Shown here piece after piece: positions 35,801 to 50,800 of a stretch of 64,000 nt of DNA; the stretch's first letter is position 1, and every line of letters starts with the position of its first letter. The notes under the pieces were generated by a model that was not told the origin of the DNA, did not search any database, and worked only from the letters and a program-made list of their open reading frames with translations. The position numbers and the translations under genes are program-made. Source of the DNA: Lepidodermella squamata (lineage: Eukaryota; Animalia; Gastrotricha); NCBI GenBank assembly GCA_047495785.1, contig JBLDXI010000063.1, positions 310,001 through 374,000 of the forward strand. Direction: 5' to 3'.

Positions 35801-38800
35801 CGGTATTCGCAGCAAGCCTGAGCGGGCTAACATGGCTGTTTTCAGCCGTTTCACGTACTGCCGGTATTCGGCATCATGCACATTCGTGGCCATTCGTTCA
35901 ACGGCATCCGTGCATCATTCGATCGTGGCAGCAATTGCAAACGCAATAGCACCCGATTAAGGCACATCGCTGTTGACGCGGTATTCGCAGCAAGCCTGAG
36001 CGGGCTAACATGGCTGTTTTCAGCCGTCGCACGTACTGCCGGTATTCGGCATCATGCACATTCGTGGCCATTCGTTCAACGGCATCCGTGCATCATTCGA
36101 TCGTGGCAGCAATTGCAAACGCAATGGCAGCCGATTGAGGCACATCGCTGTTGACGCGGTATTCGCAGCGAGCCTGAGCGGGCTAACATGGCTGTTTTCA
36201 GCCGTCGCACGTACTGCCGGTATTCGGCATCATGCACACTCGTGGCGAATCAACGCCATCCGTGCATCATTCGATCGTGGCAGCAATTGCAAACGCAATG
36301 GCAGCCGATTGAGGCACATCGCTGTTGACGCGGTATTCGCAGCAAGCCTGAGCGGGCTAACATGGCTGTTTTCAGCCGTTTCACGTACTGCCGGTATTCG
36401 GCATCATCCCACTCGTGGCGAATCAACGCCATCCGTGCATCATTCGATCGTGGCAGCAATTGCAAACGCAATGGCAGCCGATTGAGGCACATCGCTGTCG
36501 ACGCGGTATTCGTAGCGAGCCTGAGCGGGCTAACATGGCTGTTTTCAGCCGTTTCACGTACTGCCGGTATTCGGTATCATGCCCAATCGTGGCGAGTCAA
36601 CGGCATCCGTGCATCATTCGATCGTGGCAGCAATTGCAAACGCAATGGCAGCCGATTGAGGCACATCGCTGTTGACGCGGTATCCGCAGCAAGCCTGAGC
36701 GGGCTAACATGGCTGTTTTCAGCCGTCGCACGTACTGCCGGTATTCGGCATCATGCACATTCGTGGCCATTCGTTCAACGGCATCCGTGCATCATTCGAT
36801 CGTGGCAGCAATTGCAAACGCAATGGCAGCCGATTGAGGCACATCGCTGTTGACGCGGTATTCGCAGCGAGCCTGAGCGGGCTAACATGGCTGTTTTCAG
36901 CCGTCGCACGTACTGCCGGTATTCGGCATCATGCACACTCGTGGCGAATCAACGCCATCCGTGCATCATTCGATCGTGGCAGCAATTGCAAACGCAATGG
37001 CAGCCGATTGAGGCACATCGCTGTTGACGCGGTATTCGCAGCGAGCCTGAGCGGGCTAACATGGCTGTTTTCAGCCGTTTCACGTACTGCCGGTATTCGG
37101 CATCATGCACATTCGTGGCCATTCGTTCAACGGCATCCGTGCATCATTCGATCGTGGCAGCAATTGCAAACGCAATGGCAGCCGATTGAGGCACATCGCT
37201 GTTGACGCGGTATTCGCAGCAAGCCTGAGCGGGCTAACATGGCTGTTTTCAGCCGTTTCACGTACTGCCGGTATTCGGCATCATGCACACTCGTGGCGAA
37301 TCAACGCCATCCGTGCATCATTCGATCGTGGCAGCAATTGCAAACGAAATAGCACCCGATTGAGGCACATCGCTGTTGACGCGGTATTCGCAGCAAGCCT
37401 GAGCGGGCTAACATGGCTGTTTTCAGCCGTTTCACGTACTGCCGGTATTCGGCATCATGCACACTCGTGGCGAATCAACGCCATCCGTGCATCATTCGAT
37501 CGTGGCAGCAATTGCAAACGAAATAGCACCCGATTGAGGCACATCGCTGTTGACGCGGTATTCGCAGCAAGCCTGAGCGGGCTAACATGGCTGTTTTCAG
37601 CCGTCGCACGTACTGCCGGTATTCGGCATCATGCCCACTCGTGGCGAATCAACTCCATCCGTCCATCATTCGATCGTGGCAGCAATTGCAAACGCAATAG
37701 CACCCGATTAAGGCAAATCGCTGTTGACGCGGTATTCGCAGCAAGCCTGAGCGGGCTAACATGGCTGTTTTCAGCCGTCGCACGTACTGCCGGTATTCGG
37801 CATCATGCACACTCGTGGCGAATCAACGCCATCCGTGCATCATTCGATCGTGGCAGCAATTGCAAACGAAATAGCACCCGATTGAGGCACATCGCTGTTG
37901 ACGCGGTATTCGCAGCAAGCCTGAGCGGGCTGACATGGCTGTTTTCAGCCGTCGCACGTACTGCCGGTATTCGGCATCATGCACACTCGTGGCGAATCAA
38001 CGCCATCCGTGCATCATTCGATCGTGGCAGCAATTGCAAACGCAATAGCACCCGATTGAGGCACATCGCTGTTGACGCGGTATTCGCAGCAAGCCTGAGC
38101 GGGCTAACATGGCTGTTTTCAGCCGTTTCACGTACTGCCGGTATTCGGCATCATGCACATTCGTGGCCATTCGTTCAACGGCATCCGTGCATCATTCGAT
38201 CGTGGCAGCAATTGCAAACGCAATAGCACCCGATTAAGGCACATCGCTGTTGACGCGGTATTCGCAGCAAGCCTGAGCGGGCTAACATGGCTGTTTTCAG
38301 CCGTCGCACGTACTGCCGGTATTCGGCATCATGCACATTCGTGGCCATTCGTTCAACGGCATCCGTGCATCATTCGATCGTGGCAGCAATTGCAAACGCA
38401 ATGGCAGCCGATTGAGGCACATCGCTGTTGACGCGGTATTCGCAGCGAGCCTGAGCGGGCTAACATGGCTGTTTTCAGCCGTTTCACGTACTGCCGGTAT
38501 TCGGCATCATGCACACTCGTGGCGAATCAACGCCATCCGTGCATCATTCGATCGTGGCAGCAATTGCAAACGAAATAGCACCCGATTGAGGCACATCGCT
38601 GTTGACGCGGTATTCGCAGCAAGCCTGAGCGGGCTAACATGGCTGTTTTCAGCCGTCGCACGTACTGCCGGTATTCGGCATCATGCACATTCGTGGCCAT
38701 TCGTTCAACGGCATCCGTGCATCATTCGATCGTGGCAGCAATTGCAAACGCAATGGCAGCCGATTGAGGCACATCGCTGTTGACGCGGTATTCGCAGCAA

Positions 38801-41800
38801 GCCTGAGCGGGCTAACATGGCTGTTTTCAGCCGTTTCACGTACTGCCGGTATTCGGCATCATCCCACTCGTGGCGAATCAACGCCATCCGTGCATCATTC
38901 GATCGTGGCAGCAATTGCAAACGCAATGGCAGCCGATTGAGGCACATCGCTGTCGACGCGGTATTCGTAGCGAGCCTGAGCGGGCTAACATGGCTGTTTT
39001 CAGCCGTTTCACGTACTGCCGGTATTCGGTATCATGCCCAATCGTGGCGAGTCAACGGCATCCGTGCATCATTCGATCGTGGCAGCAATTGCAAACGCAA
39101 TGGCAGCCGATTGAGGCACATCGCTGCCGACGCGGTATTCGTAGCGAGTCTGAGCGGGCTAACATGGCTGTTTTCAGCCGTCGCACGTACTGCCGGTATT
39201 CGGCATCATGCACATTCGTGGCCATTCGTTCAACGGCATCCGTGCATCATTCGATCGTGGCAGCAATTGCAAACGCAATGGCAGCCGATTGAGGCACATC
39301 GCTGTTGACGCGGTATTCGCAGCGAGCCTGAGCGGGCTAACATGGCTGTTTTCAGCCGTCGCACGTACTGCCGGTATTCGGCATCATGCACACTCGTGGC
39401 GAATCAACGCCATCCGTGCATCATTCGATCGTGGCAGCAATTGCAAACGAAATAGCACCCGATTGAGGCACATCGCTGTTGACGCGGTATTCGCAGCAAG
39501 CCTGAGCGGGCTGACATGGCTGTTTTCAGCCGTCGCACGTACTGCCGGTATTCGGCATCATCCCACTCATGGCGAATCTACGCCATCCGTGCATCATTCG
39601 ATCGTGGCAGCAATTGCAAACGCAATGGCAGCCGATTGAGGCACATCGCTGTTGACGCGGTATTCGCAGCAAGCCTGAGCGGGCTAACATGGCTGTTTTC
39701 AGCCGTTTCAGGTACTGCCGGTATTCGGCATCATCCCACTCGTGGCGAATCAACGCCATCATTCGATCGTGGCAGCAATTGCAAACGCAATGGCAGCCGA
39801 TTGAGGCACATCGCTGACGACGCGGTATTCGTAGCGAGCCTGAGCGGGCTAACATGGCTGTTTTCAGCCGTTTCACGTACTGCCGGTATTCGGCATCATC
39901 CCACTCGTGGCGAATCAACGCCATCCGGGCATCATTCGATCTTGGCAGCAATTGCAAACGAAATAGCACCCGATTGAGGCACATCGCTGTTGACGCGGTA
40001 TTCGCAGCGAGCCTGAGCGGGCTAACATGGCTGTTTTCAGCCGTTTCACGTACTGCCGGTATTCGGTATCATGCCCAATCGTGGCGAGTCAACGGCATCC
40101 GTGCATCATTCGATCGTGGCAGCAATTGCAAACGCAATGGCAGCCGATTGAGGCACATCGCTGTTGACGCGGTATTCGCAGCAAGCCTGAGCGGGCTAAC
40201 ATGGCTGTTTTCAGCCGTCGCACGTACTGCCGGTATTCGGCATCATGCACATTCGTGGCCATTCGTTCAACGGCATCCGTGCATCATTCGATCGTGGCAG
40301 CAATTGCAAACGCAATGGCAGCCGATTGAGGCACATCGCTGTTGACGCGGTATTCGCAGCGAGCCTGAGCGGGCTAACATGGCTGTTTTCAGCCGTCGCA
40401 CGTACTGCCGGTATTCGGCATCATGCACACTCGTGGCGAATCAACGCCATCCGTGCATCATTCGATCGTGGCAGCAATTGCAAACGCAATGGCAGCCGAT
40501 TGAGGCACATCGCTGTTGACGCGGTATTCGCAGCAAGCCTGAGCGGGCTAACATGGCTGTTTTCAGCCGTTTCACGTACTGCCGGTATTCGGCATCATCC
40601 CACTCGTGGCGAATCAACGCCATCCGTGCATCATTCGATCGTGGCAGCAATTGCAAACGCAATGGCAGCCGATTGAGGCACATCGCTGTCGACGCGGTAT
40701 TCGTAGCGAGCCTGAGCGGGCTAACATGGCTGTTTTCAGCCGTCGCACGTACTGCCGGTATTCGGCATCATGCACACTCGTGGCGAATCAACGCCATCCG
40801 TGCATCATTCGATCGTGGCAGCAATTGCAAACGCAATAGCACCCGATTGAGGCACATCGCTGTTGACGCGGTATTCGCAGCAAGCCTGAGCGGGCTAACA
40901 TGGCTGTTTTCAGCCGTTTCACGTACTGCCGGTATTCGGCATCATGCACATTCGTGGCCATTCGTTCAACGGCATCCGTGCATCATTCGATCGTGGCAGC
41001 AATTGCAAACGCAATGGCAGCCGATTGAGGCACATCGCTGTTGACGCGGTATTCGCAGCGAGCCTGAGCGGGCTAACATGGCTGTTTTCAGCCGTTTCAC
41101 GTACTGCCGGTATTCGGTATCATGCCCAATCGTGGCGAGTCAACGGCATCCGTGCATCATTCGATCGTGGCAGCAATTGCAAACGCAATAGCACCCGATT
41201 AAGGCACATCGCTGTTGACGCGGTATTCGCAGCGAGCCTGAGCGGGCTGACATGGTTGTTTTCAGCCGTTTAAAGTACTGCCGGTATTCGGCATCATGCC
41301 CACTCGTGGCGAATCAACGCCATCCGTGCATCATTCGATCGTGGCAGCAATTGCAAACGCAATAGCACCCGATTGAGGCACATCGCTGTTGACGCGGTAT
41401 TCGCAGCAAGCCTGAGCGGGCTAACATGGCTGTTTTCAGCTGTTTCACGTACTGCCGGTATTCGGCATCATCCCACTCGTGGCGAATCAACGCCATCCGT
41501 GCATCATTCGATCGTGGCAGCAATTGCAAACGAAATAGCACCCGATTGAGGCACATCGCTGTCGACGCGGTATTCGTAGCGAGCCTGAGCGGGCTAACAT
41601 GGCTGTTTTCAGCCGTCGCACGTACTGCCGGTATTCGGCATCATGCACACTCGTGGCGAATCAACGCCATCCGTGCATCATTCGATCGTGGCAGCAATTG
41701 CAAACGCAATAGCACCCGATTGAGGCACATCGCTGTTGACGCGGTATTCGCAGCAAGCCTGAGCGGGCTAACATGGCTGTTTTCAGCCGTTTCACGTACT

Positions 41801-44800
41801 GCCGGTATTCGGCATCATGCACATTCGTGGCCATTCGTTCAACGGCATCCGTGCATCATTCGATCGTGGCAGCAATTGCAAACGCAATGGCAGCCGATTG
41901 AGGCACATCGCTGTTGACGCGGTATTCGCAGCGAGCCTGAGCGGGCTAACATGGCTGTTTTCAGCCGTTTCACGTACTGCCGGTATTCGGTATCATGCCC
42001 AATCGTGGCGAGTCAACGGCATCCGTGCATCATTCGATCGTGGCAGCAATTGCAAACGCAATAGCACCCGATTAAGGCACATCGCTGTTGACGCGGTATT
42101 CGCAGCAAGCCTGAGCGGGCTAACATGGCTGTTTTCAGCCGTCGCACGTACTGCCGGTATTCGGCATCATGCACACTCGTGGCGAATCAACGCCATCCGT
42201 GCATCATTCGATCGTGGCAGCAATTGCAAACGCAATAGCACCCGATTAAGGCACATCGCTGTTGACGCGGTATTCGCAGCAAGCCTGAGCGGGCTAACAT
42301 GGCTGTTTTCAGCCGTCGCACGTACTGCCGGTATTCGGCATCATGCACATTCGTGGCCATTCGTTCAACGGCATCCGTGCATCATTCGATCGTGGCAGCA
42401 ATTGCAAACGCAATGGCAGCCGATTGAGGCACATCGCTGTTGACGCGGTATTCGCAGCGAGCCTGAGCGGGCTAACATGGCTGTTTTCAGCCGTTTCACG
42501 TACTGCCGGTATTCGGCATCATCCCACTCGTGGCGAATCAACGCCATCCGTGCATCATTCGATCGTGGCAGCAATTGCAAACGAAATAGCACCCGATTGA
42601 GGCACATCGCTGTCGACGCGGTATTCGCAGCAAGCCTGAGCGGGCTAACATGGCTGTTTTCAGCCGTCGCACGTACTGCCGGTATTCGGCATCATGCACA
42701 CTCGTGGCGAATCAACGCCATCCGTGCATCATTCGATCGTGGCAGCAATTGCAAACGCAATAGCACCCGATTGAGGCACATCGCTGTTGACGCGGTATTC
42801 GCAGCAAGCCTGAGCGGGCTAACATGGCTGTTTTCAGCCGTTTCACGTACTGCCGGTATTCGGCATCATCCCACTCGTGGCGAATCAACGCCATCCGTGC
42901 ATCATTCGATCGTGGCAGCAATTGCAAACGCAATAGCACCCGATTGAGGCACATCGCTGTTGACGCGGTATTCGCAGCAAGCCTGAGCGGGCTAACATGG
43001 CTGTTTTCAGCCGTCGCACGTACTGCCGGTATTCGGCATCATGCACACTCGTGGCGAATCAACGCCATCCGTGCATCATTCGATCGTGGCAGCAATTGCA
43101 AACGCAATAGCACCCGATTGAGGCACATCGCTGTTGACGCGGTATTCGCAGCAAGCCTGAGCGGGCTAACATGGCTGTTTTCAGCCGTTTCACGTACTGC
43201 CGGTATTCGGCATCATGCACATTCGTGGCCATTCGTTCAACGGCATCCGTGCATCATTCGATCGTGGCAGCAATTGCAAACGCAATAGCACCCGATTAAG
43301 GCACATCGCTGTTGACGCGGTATTCGCAGCAAGCCTGAGCGGGCTAACATGGCTGTTTTCAGCCGTCGCACGTACTGCCGGTATTCGGCATCATGCACAC
43401 TCGTGGCGAATCAACGCCATCCGTGCATCATTCGATCGTGGCAGCAATTGCAAACGCAATGGCAGCCGATTGAGGCACATCGCTGTTGACGCGGTATTCG
43501 CAGCAAGCCTGAGCGGGCTAACATGGCTGTTTTCAGCCGTTTCACGTACTGCCGGTATTCGGCATCATGCACATTCGTGGCCATTCGTTCAACGGCATCC
43601 GTGCATCATTCGATCGTGGCAGCAATTGCAAACGCAATAGCACCCGATTAAGGCACATCGCTGTTGACGCGGTATTCGCAGCAAGCCTGAGCGGGCTAAC
43701 ATGGCTGTTTTCAGCCGTCGCACGTACTGCCGGTATTCGGCATCATGCACATTCGTGGCCATTCGTTCAACGGCATCCGTGCATCATTCGATCGTGGCAG
43801 CAATTGCAAACGCAATGGCAGCCGATTGAGGCACATCGCTGTTGACGCGGTATTCGCAGCGAGCCTGAGCGGGCTAACATGGCTGTTTTCAGCCGTTTCA
43901 CGTACTGCCGGTATTCGGTATCATGCCCAATCGTGGCGAATCAACGCCATCCGTGCATCATTCGATCGTGGCAGCAATTGCAAACGCAATGGCAGCCGAT
44001 TGAGGCACATCGCTGTTGACGCGGTATTCGCAGCAAGCCTGAGCGGGCTAACATGGCTGTTTTCAGCCGTCGCACGTACTGCCGGTATTCGGCATCATGC
44101 ACACTCGTGGCGAATCAACGCCATCCGTGCATCATTCGATCGTGGCAGCAATTGCAAACGCAATGGCAGCCGATTGAGGCACATCGCTGTTGACGCGGTA
44201 TTCGCAGCGAGCCTGAGCGGGCTAACATGGCTGTTTTCAGCCGTCGCACGTACTGCCGGTATTCGGCATCATGCACACTCGTGGCGAATCAACGCCATCC
44301 GTGCATCATTCGATCGTGGCAGCAATTGCAAACGCAATAGCACCCGATTAAGGCACATCGCTGTTGACGCGGTATTCGCAGCAAGCCTGAGCGGGCTAAC
44401 ATGGCTGTTTTCAGCCGTCGCACGTACTGCCGGTATTCGGCATCATGCACATTCGTGGCCATTCGTTCAACGGCATCCGTGCATCATTCGATCGTGGCAG
44501 CAATTGCAAACGCAATAGCACCCGATTAAGGCACATCGCTGTTGACGCGGTATTCGCAGCGAGCCTGAGCGGGCTAACATGGCTGTTTTCAGCCGTCGCA
44601 CGTACTGCCGGTATTCGGCATCATGCACACTCGTGGCGAATCAACGCCATCCGTGCATCATTCGATCGTGGCAGCAATTGCAAACGCAATGGCAGCCGAT
44701 TGAGGCACATCGCTGTTGACGCGGTATTCGCAGCAAGCCTGAGCGGGCTAACATGGCTGTTTTCAGCCGTTTCACGTACTGCCGGTATTCGGCATCATCC

Positions 44801-47800
44801 CACTCGTGGCGAATCAACGCCATCCGTGCATCATTCGATCGTGGCAGCAATTGCAAACGCAATGGCAGCCGATTGAGGCACATCGCTGTCGACGCGGTAT
44901 TCGTAGCGAGCCTGAGCGGGCTAACATGGCTGTTTTCAGCCGTTTCACGTACTGCCGGTATTCGGTATCATGCCTAATCGTGGCGAGTCAACGGCATCCG
45001 TGCATCATTCGATCGTGGCAGCAATTGCAAACGCAATGGCAGCCGATTGAGGCACATCGCTGTCGACGCGGTATTCGCAGCAAGCCTGAGCGGGCTAACA
45101 TGGCTGTTTTCAGCCGTCGCACGTACTGCCGGTATTCGGCATCATGCACATTCGTGGCCATTCGTTCAACGGCATCCGTGCATCATTCGATCGTCGCAGC
45201 AATTGCAAACGCAATGGCAGCCGATTGAGGCACATCGCTGTTGACGCGGTATTCGCAGCGAGCCTGAGCGGGCTAACATGGCTGTTTTCAGCCGTCGCAC
45301 GTACTGCCGGTATTCGGCATCATGCACACTCGTGGCGAATCAACGCCATCCGTGCATCATTCGATCGTGGCAGCAATTGCAAACGAAATAGCACCCGATT
45401 GAGGCACATCGCTGTTGACGCGGTATTCGCAGCGAGCCTGAGCGGGCTGACATGGCTGTTTTCAGCCGTCGCACGTACTGCCGGTATTCGGCATCATGCA
45501 CACTCGTGGCGAATCAACGCCATCCGTGCATCATTCGATCGTGGCAGCAATTGCAAACGAAATAGCACCCGATTGAGGCACATCGCTGTTGACGCGGTAT
45601 TCGCAGCAAGCCTGAGCGGGCTAACATGGCTGTTTTCAGCCGTTTCAGGTACTGCCGGTATTCGGCATCATCCCACTCGTGGCGAATCAACGCCATCATT
45701 CGATCGTGGCAGCAATTGCAAACGCAATGGCAGCCGATTGAGGCACATCGCTGACGACGCGGTATTCGTAGCGAGCCTGAGCGGGCTAACATGGCTGTTT
45801 TCAGCCGTTTCACGTACTGCCGGTATTCGGCATCATCCCACTCGTGGCGAATCAACGCCATCCGTGCATCATTCGATCTTGGCAGCAATTGCAAACGAAA
45901 TAGCACCCGATTGAGGCACATCGCTGTTGACGCGGTATTCGCAGCAAGCCTGAGCGGGCTGACATGGCTGTTTTCAGCCGTCGCACGTACTGCGGGTATT
46001 CGGCATCATCCCACTCATGGCGAATCCACGCCATCCGTGCATCATTCGATCGTGGCAGCAATTGCAAACGCAATGGCAGCCGATTGAGGCACATCGCTGT
46101 TGACGCGTTATTCGCAGCAAGCCTGAGCGGGCTAACATGGCTGTTTTCAGCCGTCGCACGTACTGCCGGTATTCGGTATCATGCCCAATCGTGGCGAGTC
46201 AACGGCATCCGTGCATCATTCGATCGTGGCAGCAATTGCAAACGCAATAGCACCCGATTAAGGCACATCGCTGTTGACGCGGTATTCGCAGCAAGCCTGA
46301 GCGGGCTAACATGGCTGTTTTCAGCTTTTTCACGTACTGCCGGTATTCGGTATCATGCCCAATCGTGGCGAGTCAACGGCATCCGTGCATCATTCGATCG
46401 TGGCAGCAATTGCAAACGCAATAGCACCCGATTAAGGCACATCGCTGTTGACGCGGTATTCGCAGCGAGCCTGAGCGGGCTGACATGGTTGTTTTCAGCC
46501 GTTTAAAGTACTGCCGGTATTCGGCATCATGCCCACTCGTGGCGAATCAACGCCATCCGTGCATCATTCGATCGTGGCAGCAATTGCAAACGCAATAGCA
46601 CCCGATTGAGGCACATCGCTGTTGACGCGGTATTCGCAGCAAGCCTGAGCGGGCTAACATGGCTGTTTTCAGCTGTTTCACGTACTGCCGGTATTCGGCA
46701 TCATCCCACTCGTGGCGAATCAACGCCATCCGTGCATCATTCGATCGTGGCAGCAATTGCAAACGAAATAGCACCCGATTGAGGCACATCGCTGTCGACG
46801 CGGTATTCGCAGCAAGCCTGAGCGGGCTAACATGGCTGTTTTCAGCCGTCACACGTACTGCCGGTATTCGGCATCATGCCCACTCGTGGCAAATCAACGC
46901 AATCCGTACATCATTCGATCGTGGCAGCAATTGCAAACGAAATAGCACCCGATTGAGGCACATCGCTGTTGACGCGGTATTCCCAGCGAGCCTGAGCGGG
47001 CTAACATGGCTGTTTTCAGCCGTCACACGTACTGCCAGTATTCGGCATCATGCCCACTCATGGCGAATCAACGGCATCCGTGCATCATTCGATCGTGGCA
47101 GCAATTGCAAACGCAATGGCAGCCGATTGAGGCACATCGCTGTTGACGCGGTATTCGCAGCAAGCCTGAGCGGGCTAACATGGCTGTTTTCAGCCGTCGC
47201 ACGTACTGCCGGTATTCGGCATCATCCCACTCATGGCGAATCTACGCCATCCGTGCATCATTCGATCGTGGCAGCAATTGCAAACGCAATGGCAGCCGAT
47301 TGAGGCACATCGCTGTTGACGCGGTATTCGCAGCAAGCCTGAGCGGGCTAACATGGCTGTTTTCAGCCGTCGCACGTACTGCCGGTATTCGGCATCATCC
47401 CACTCATGGCGAATCTACGCCATCCGTGCATCATTCGATCGTGGCAGCAATTGCAAACGCAATAGCACCCGATTAAGGCACATCGCTGTTGACGCGGTAT
47501 TCGCAGCAAGCCTGAGCGGGCTAACATGGCTGTTTTCAGCCGTTTCACGTACTGCCGGTATTCGGCATCATCCCACTCGTGGCGAATCAACGCCATCCGT
47601 GCATCATTCGATCGTGGCAGCAATTGCAAACGCAATGGCAGCCGATTGAGGCACATCGCTGTCGACGCGGTATTCGTAGCGAGCCTGAGCGGGCTAACAT
47701 GGCTGTTTTCAGCCGTTTCACGTACTGCCGGTATTCGGCATCATGCACACTCGTGGCGAATCAACGCCATCCGTGCATCATTCGATCGTGGCAGCAATTG

Positions 47801-50800
47801 CAAACGAAATAGCACCCGATTGAGGCACATCGCTGTTGACGCGGTATTCGCAGCGAGCCTGAGCGGGCTGACATGGTTGTTTTCAGCTGTTTCCCGTACT
47901 GCCGGTATTCGGCATCATCCCACTCGTGGCGAATCAACGCCATCCGTGCATCATTCGATCGTGGCAGCAATTGCAATCGAAATAGCACCCGATTGAGGCA
48001 CATCGCTGTTGACGCGGTATTCGCAGCAAGCCTGAGCGGGCTAACATGGCTGTTTTCAGCCGTTTCACGTACTGCCGGTATTCGGCATCATCCCACTCGT
48101 GGCGAATCAACGCCATCCGTGCATCATTCGATCGTGGCAGCAATTGCAAACGCAATGGCAGCCGATTGAGGCACATCGCTGTTGACGCGGTATTCGCAGC
48201 AAGCCTGAGCGGGCTAACATGGCTGTTTTCAGCCGTCGCACGTACTGCCGGTATTCGGCATCATGCACATTCGTGGCCATTCGTTCAACGGCATCCGTGC
48301 ATCATTCGATCGTGGCAGCAATTGCAAACGCAATGGCAGCCGATTGAGGCACATCGCTGTTGACGCGGTATTCGCAGCGAGCCTGAGCGGGCTAACATGG
48401 CTGTTTTCAGCCGTCGCACGTACTGCCGGTATTCGGCATCATGCACACTCGTGGCGAATCAACGCCATCCGTGCATCATTCGATCGTGGCAGCAATTGCA
48501 AACGCAATGGCAGCCGATTGAGGCACATCGCTGTTGACGCGGTATTCGCAGCAAGCCTGAGCGGGCTAACATGGCTGTTTTCAGCCGTTTCACGTACTGC
48601 CGGTATTCGGCATCATCCCACTCGTGGCGAATCAACGCCATCCGTGCATCATTCGATCGTGGCAGCAATTGCAAACGCAATGGCAGCCGATTGAGGCACA
48701 TCGCTGTCGACGCGATATTCGCAGCAAGCCTGAGCGGGCTAACATGGCTGTTTTCAGCCGTCGCACGTACTGCCGGTATTCGGCATCATGCACATTCGTG
48801 GCCATTCGTTCAACGGCATCCGTGCATCATTCGATCGTGGCAGCAATTGCAAACGTAATGGCAGCCGATTGAGGCACATCGCTGTCGACGCGGTATTCGT
48901 AGCGAGCCTGAGCGGGCTAACATGGCTGTTTTCAGCCGTTTCACGTACTGCCGGTATTCGGCATCATCCCACTCGTGGCGAATCAACGCCATCCGTGCAT
49001 CATTCGATCTTGGCAGCAATTGCAAACGAAATAGCACCCGATTGAGGCACATCGCTGTCGACGCGGTATTCGCAGCAAGCCTGAGCGGGCTGACATGGCT
49101 GTTTTCAGCCGTCGCACGTACTGCGGGTATTCGGCATCATCCCACTCATGGCGAATCTACGCCATCCGTGCATCATTCGATCGTGGCAGCAATTGCAAAC
49201 GCAATGGCAGCCGATTGAGGCACATCGCTGTTGACGCGGTATTCGACGCAAGCCTGAGCGGGCTAACATGGCTGTTTTCAGCCGTTTCACGTACTGCCGG
49301 TATTCGGCATCATCCCACTCGTGGCGAATCAACGCCATCCGTGCATCATTCGATCGTGGCAGCAATTGCAAACGCAATAGCACCCGATTGAGGCACATCG
49401 CTGTTGACGCGGTATTCGCAGCAAGCCTGAGCGGGCTAACATGGCTGTTTTCAGCTGTTTCACGTACTGCCGGTATTCGGCATCATGCCCAATCGTGGCG
49501 AGTCAACGGCATCCGTGCATCATTCGATCGTGGCAGCAATTGCAAACGAAATAGCACCCGATTGAGGCACATCGCTGTCGACGCGATATTCGCAGCAAGC
49601 CTGAGCGGGCTAACATGGCTGTTTTCAGCCGTTTAACGTACTGCCGGTATTCGGCATCATCCCACTCGTGGCGAATCAACGCCATCCGTGCATCATTCGA
49701 TCGTGGCAGCAATTGCAAACGCAATGGCAGCCGATTGAGGCACATCGCTGTCGACGCGGTATTCGTAGCGAGCCTGAGCGGGCTAACATGGCTGTTTTCA
49801 GCCGTCGCACGTACTGCCGGTATTCGGTATGATGCCCAATCGTGGCGAGTCAACGGCATCCGTGCATCATTCGATCGTGGCAGCAATTGCAAACGCAATA
49901 GCACCCGATTAAGGCACATCGCTGTTGACGCGGTATTCGCAGCAAGCCTGAGCGGGCTAACATGGCTGTTTTCAGCTGTTTCACGTACTGCCGGTATTCG
50001 GTATCATGCCCAATCGTGGCGAGTCAACGGCATCCGTGCATCATTCGATCGTGGCAGCAATTGCAAACGCAATAGCACCCGATTAAGGCACATCGCTGTT
50101 GACGCGGTATTCGCAGCGAGCCTGAGCGGGCTGACATGGTTGTTTTCAGCCGTTTAAAGTACTGCCGGTATTCGGCATCATGCCCACTCGTGGCGAATCA
50201 ACGCCATCCGTGCATCATTCGATCGTGGCAGCAATTGCAAACGCAATAGCACCCGATTGAGGCACATCGCTGTTGACGCGGTATTCGCAGCAAGCCTGAG
50301 CGGGCTAACATGGCTGTTTTCAGCTGTTTCACGTACTGCCGGTATTCGGCATCATGCCCACTCGTGGCGAATCAACGCCATCCGTGCATCATTCGATCGT
50401 GGCAGCAATTGCAAACGCAATAGCACCCGATCGAGGCACATCGCTGTTGACGCGGTATTCGCAGCAAGCCTGAGCGAGCTAACATGGCTGTTTTCAGCTG
50501 TTTCACGTACTGCCGGTATTCGGCATCATCCCACTCGTGGCGAATCAACGCCATCCGTGCATCATTCGATCGTGGCAGCAATTGCAAACGAAATAGCACC
50601 CGATTGAGGCACATCGCTGTCGACGCGGTATTCGCAGCAAGCCTGAGCGGGCTAACATGGCTGTTTTCAGCCGTCACACGTACTGCCGGTATTCGGCATC
50701 ATGCCCACTCGTGGCAAATCAACGCAATCCGTACATCATTCGATCGTGGCAGCAATTGCAAACGAAATAGCACCCGATTGAGGCACATCGCTGTTGACGC

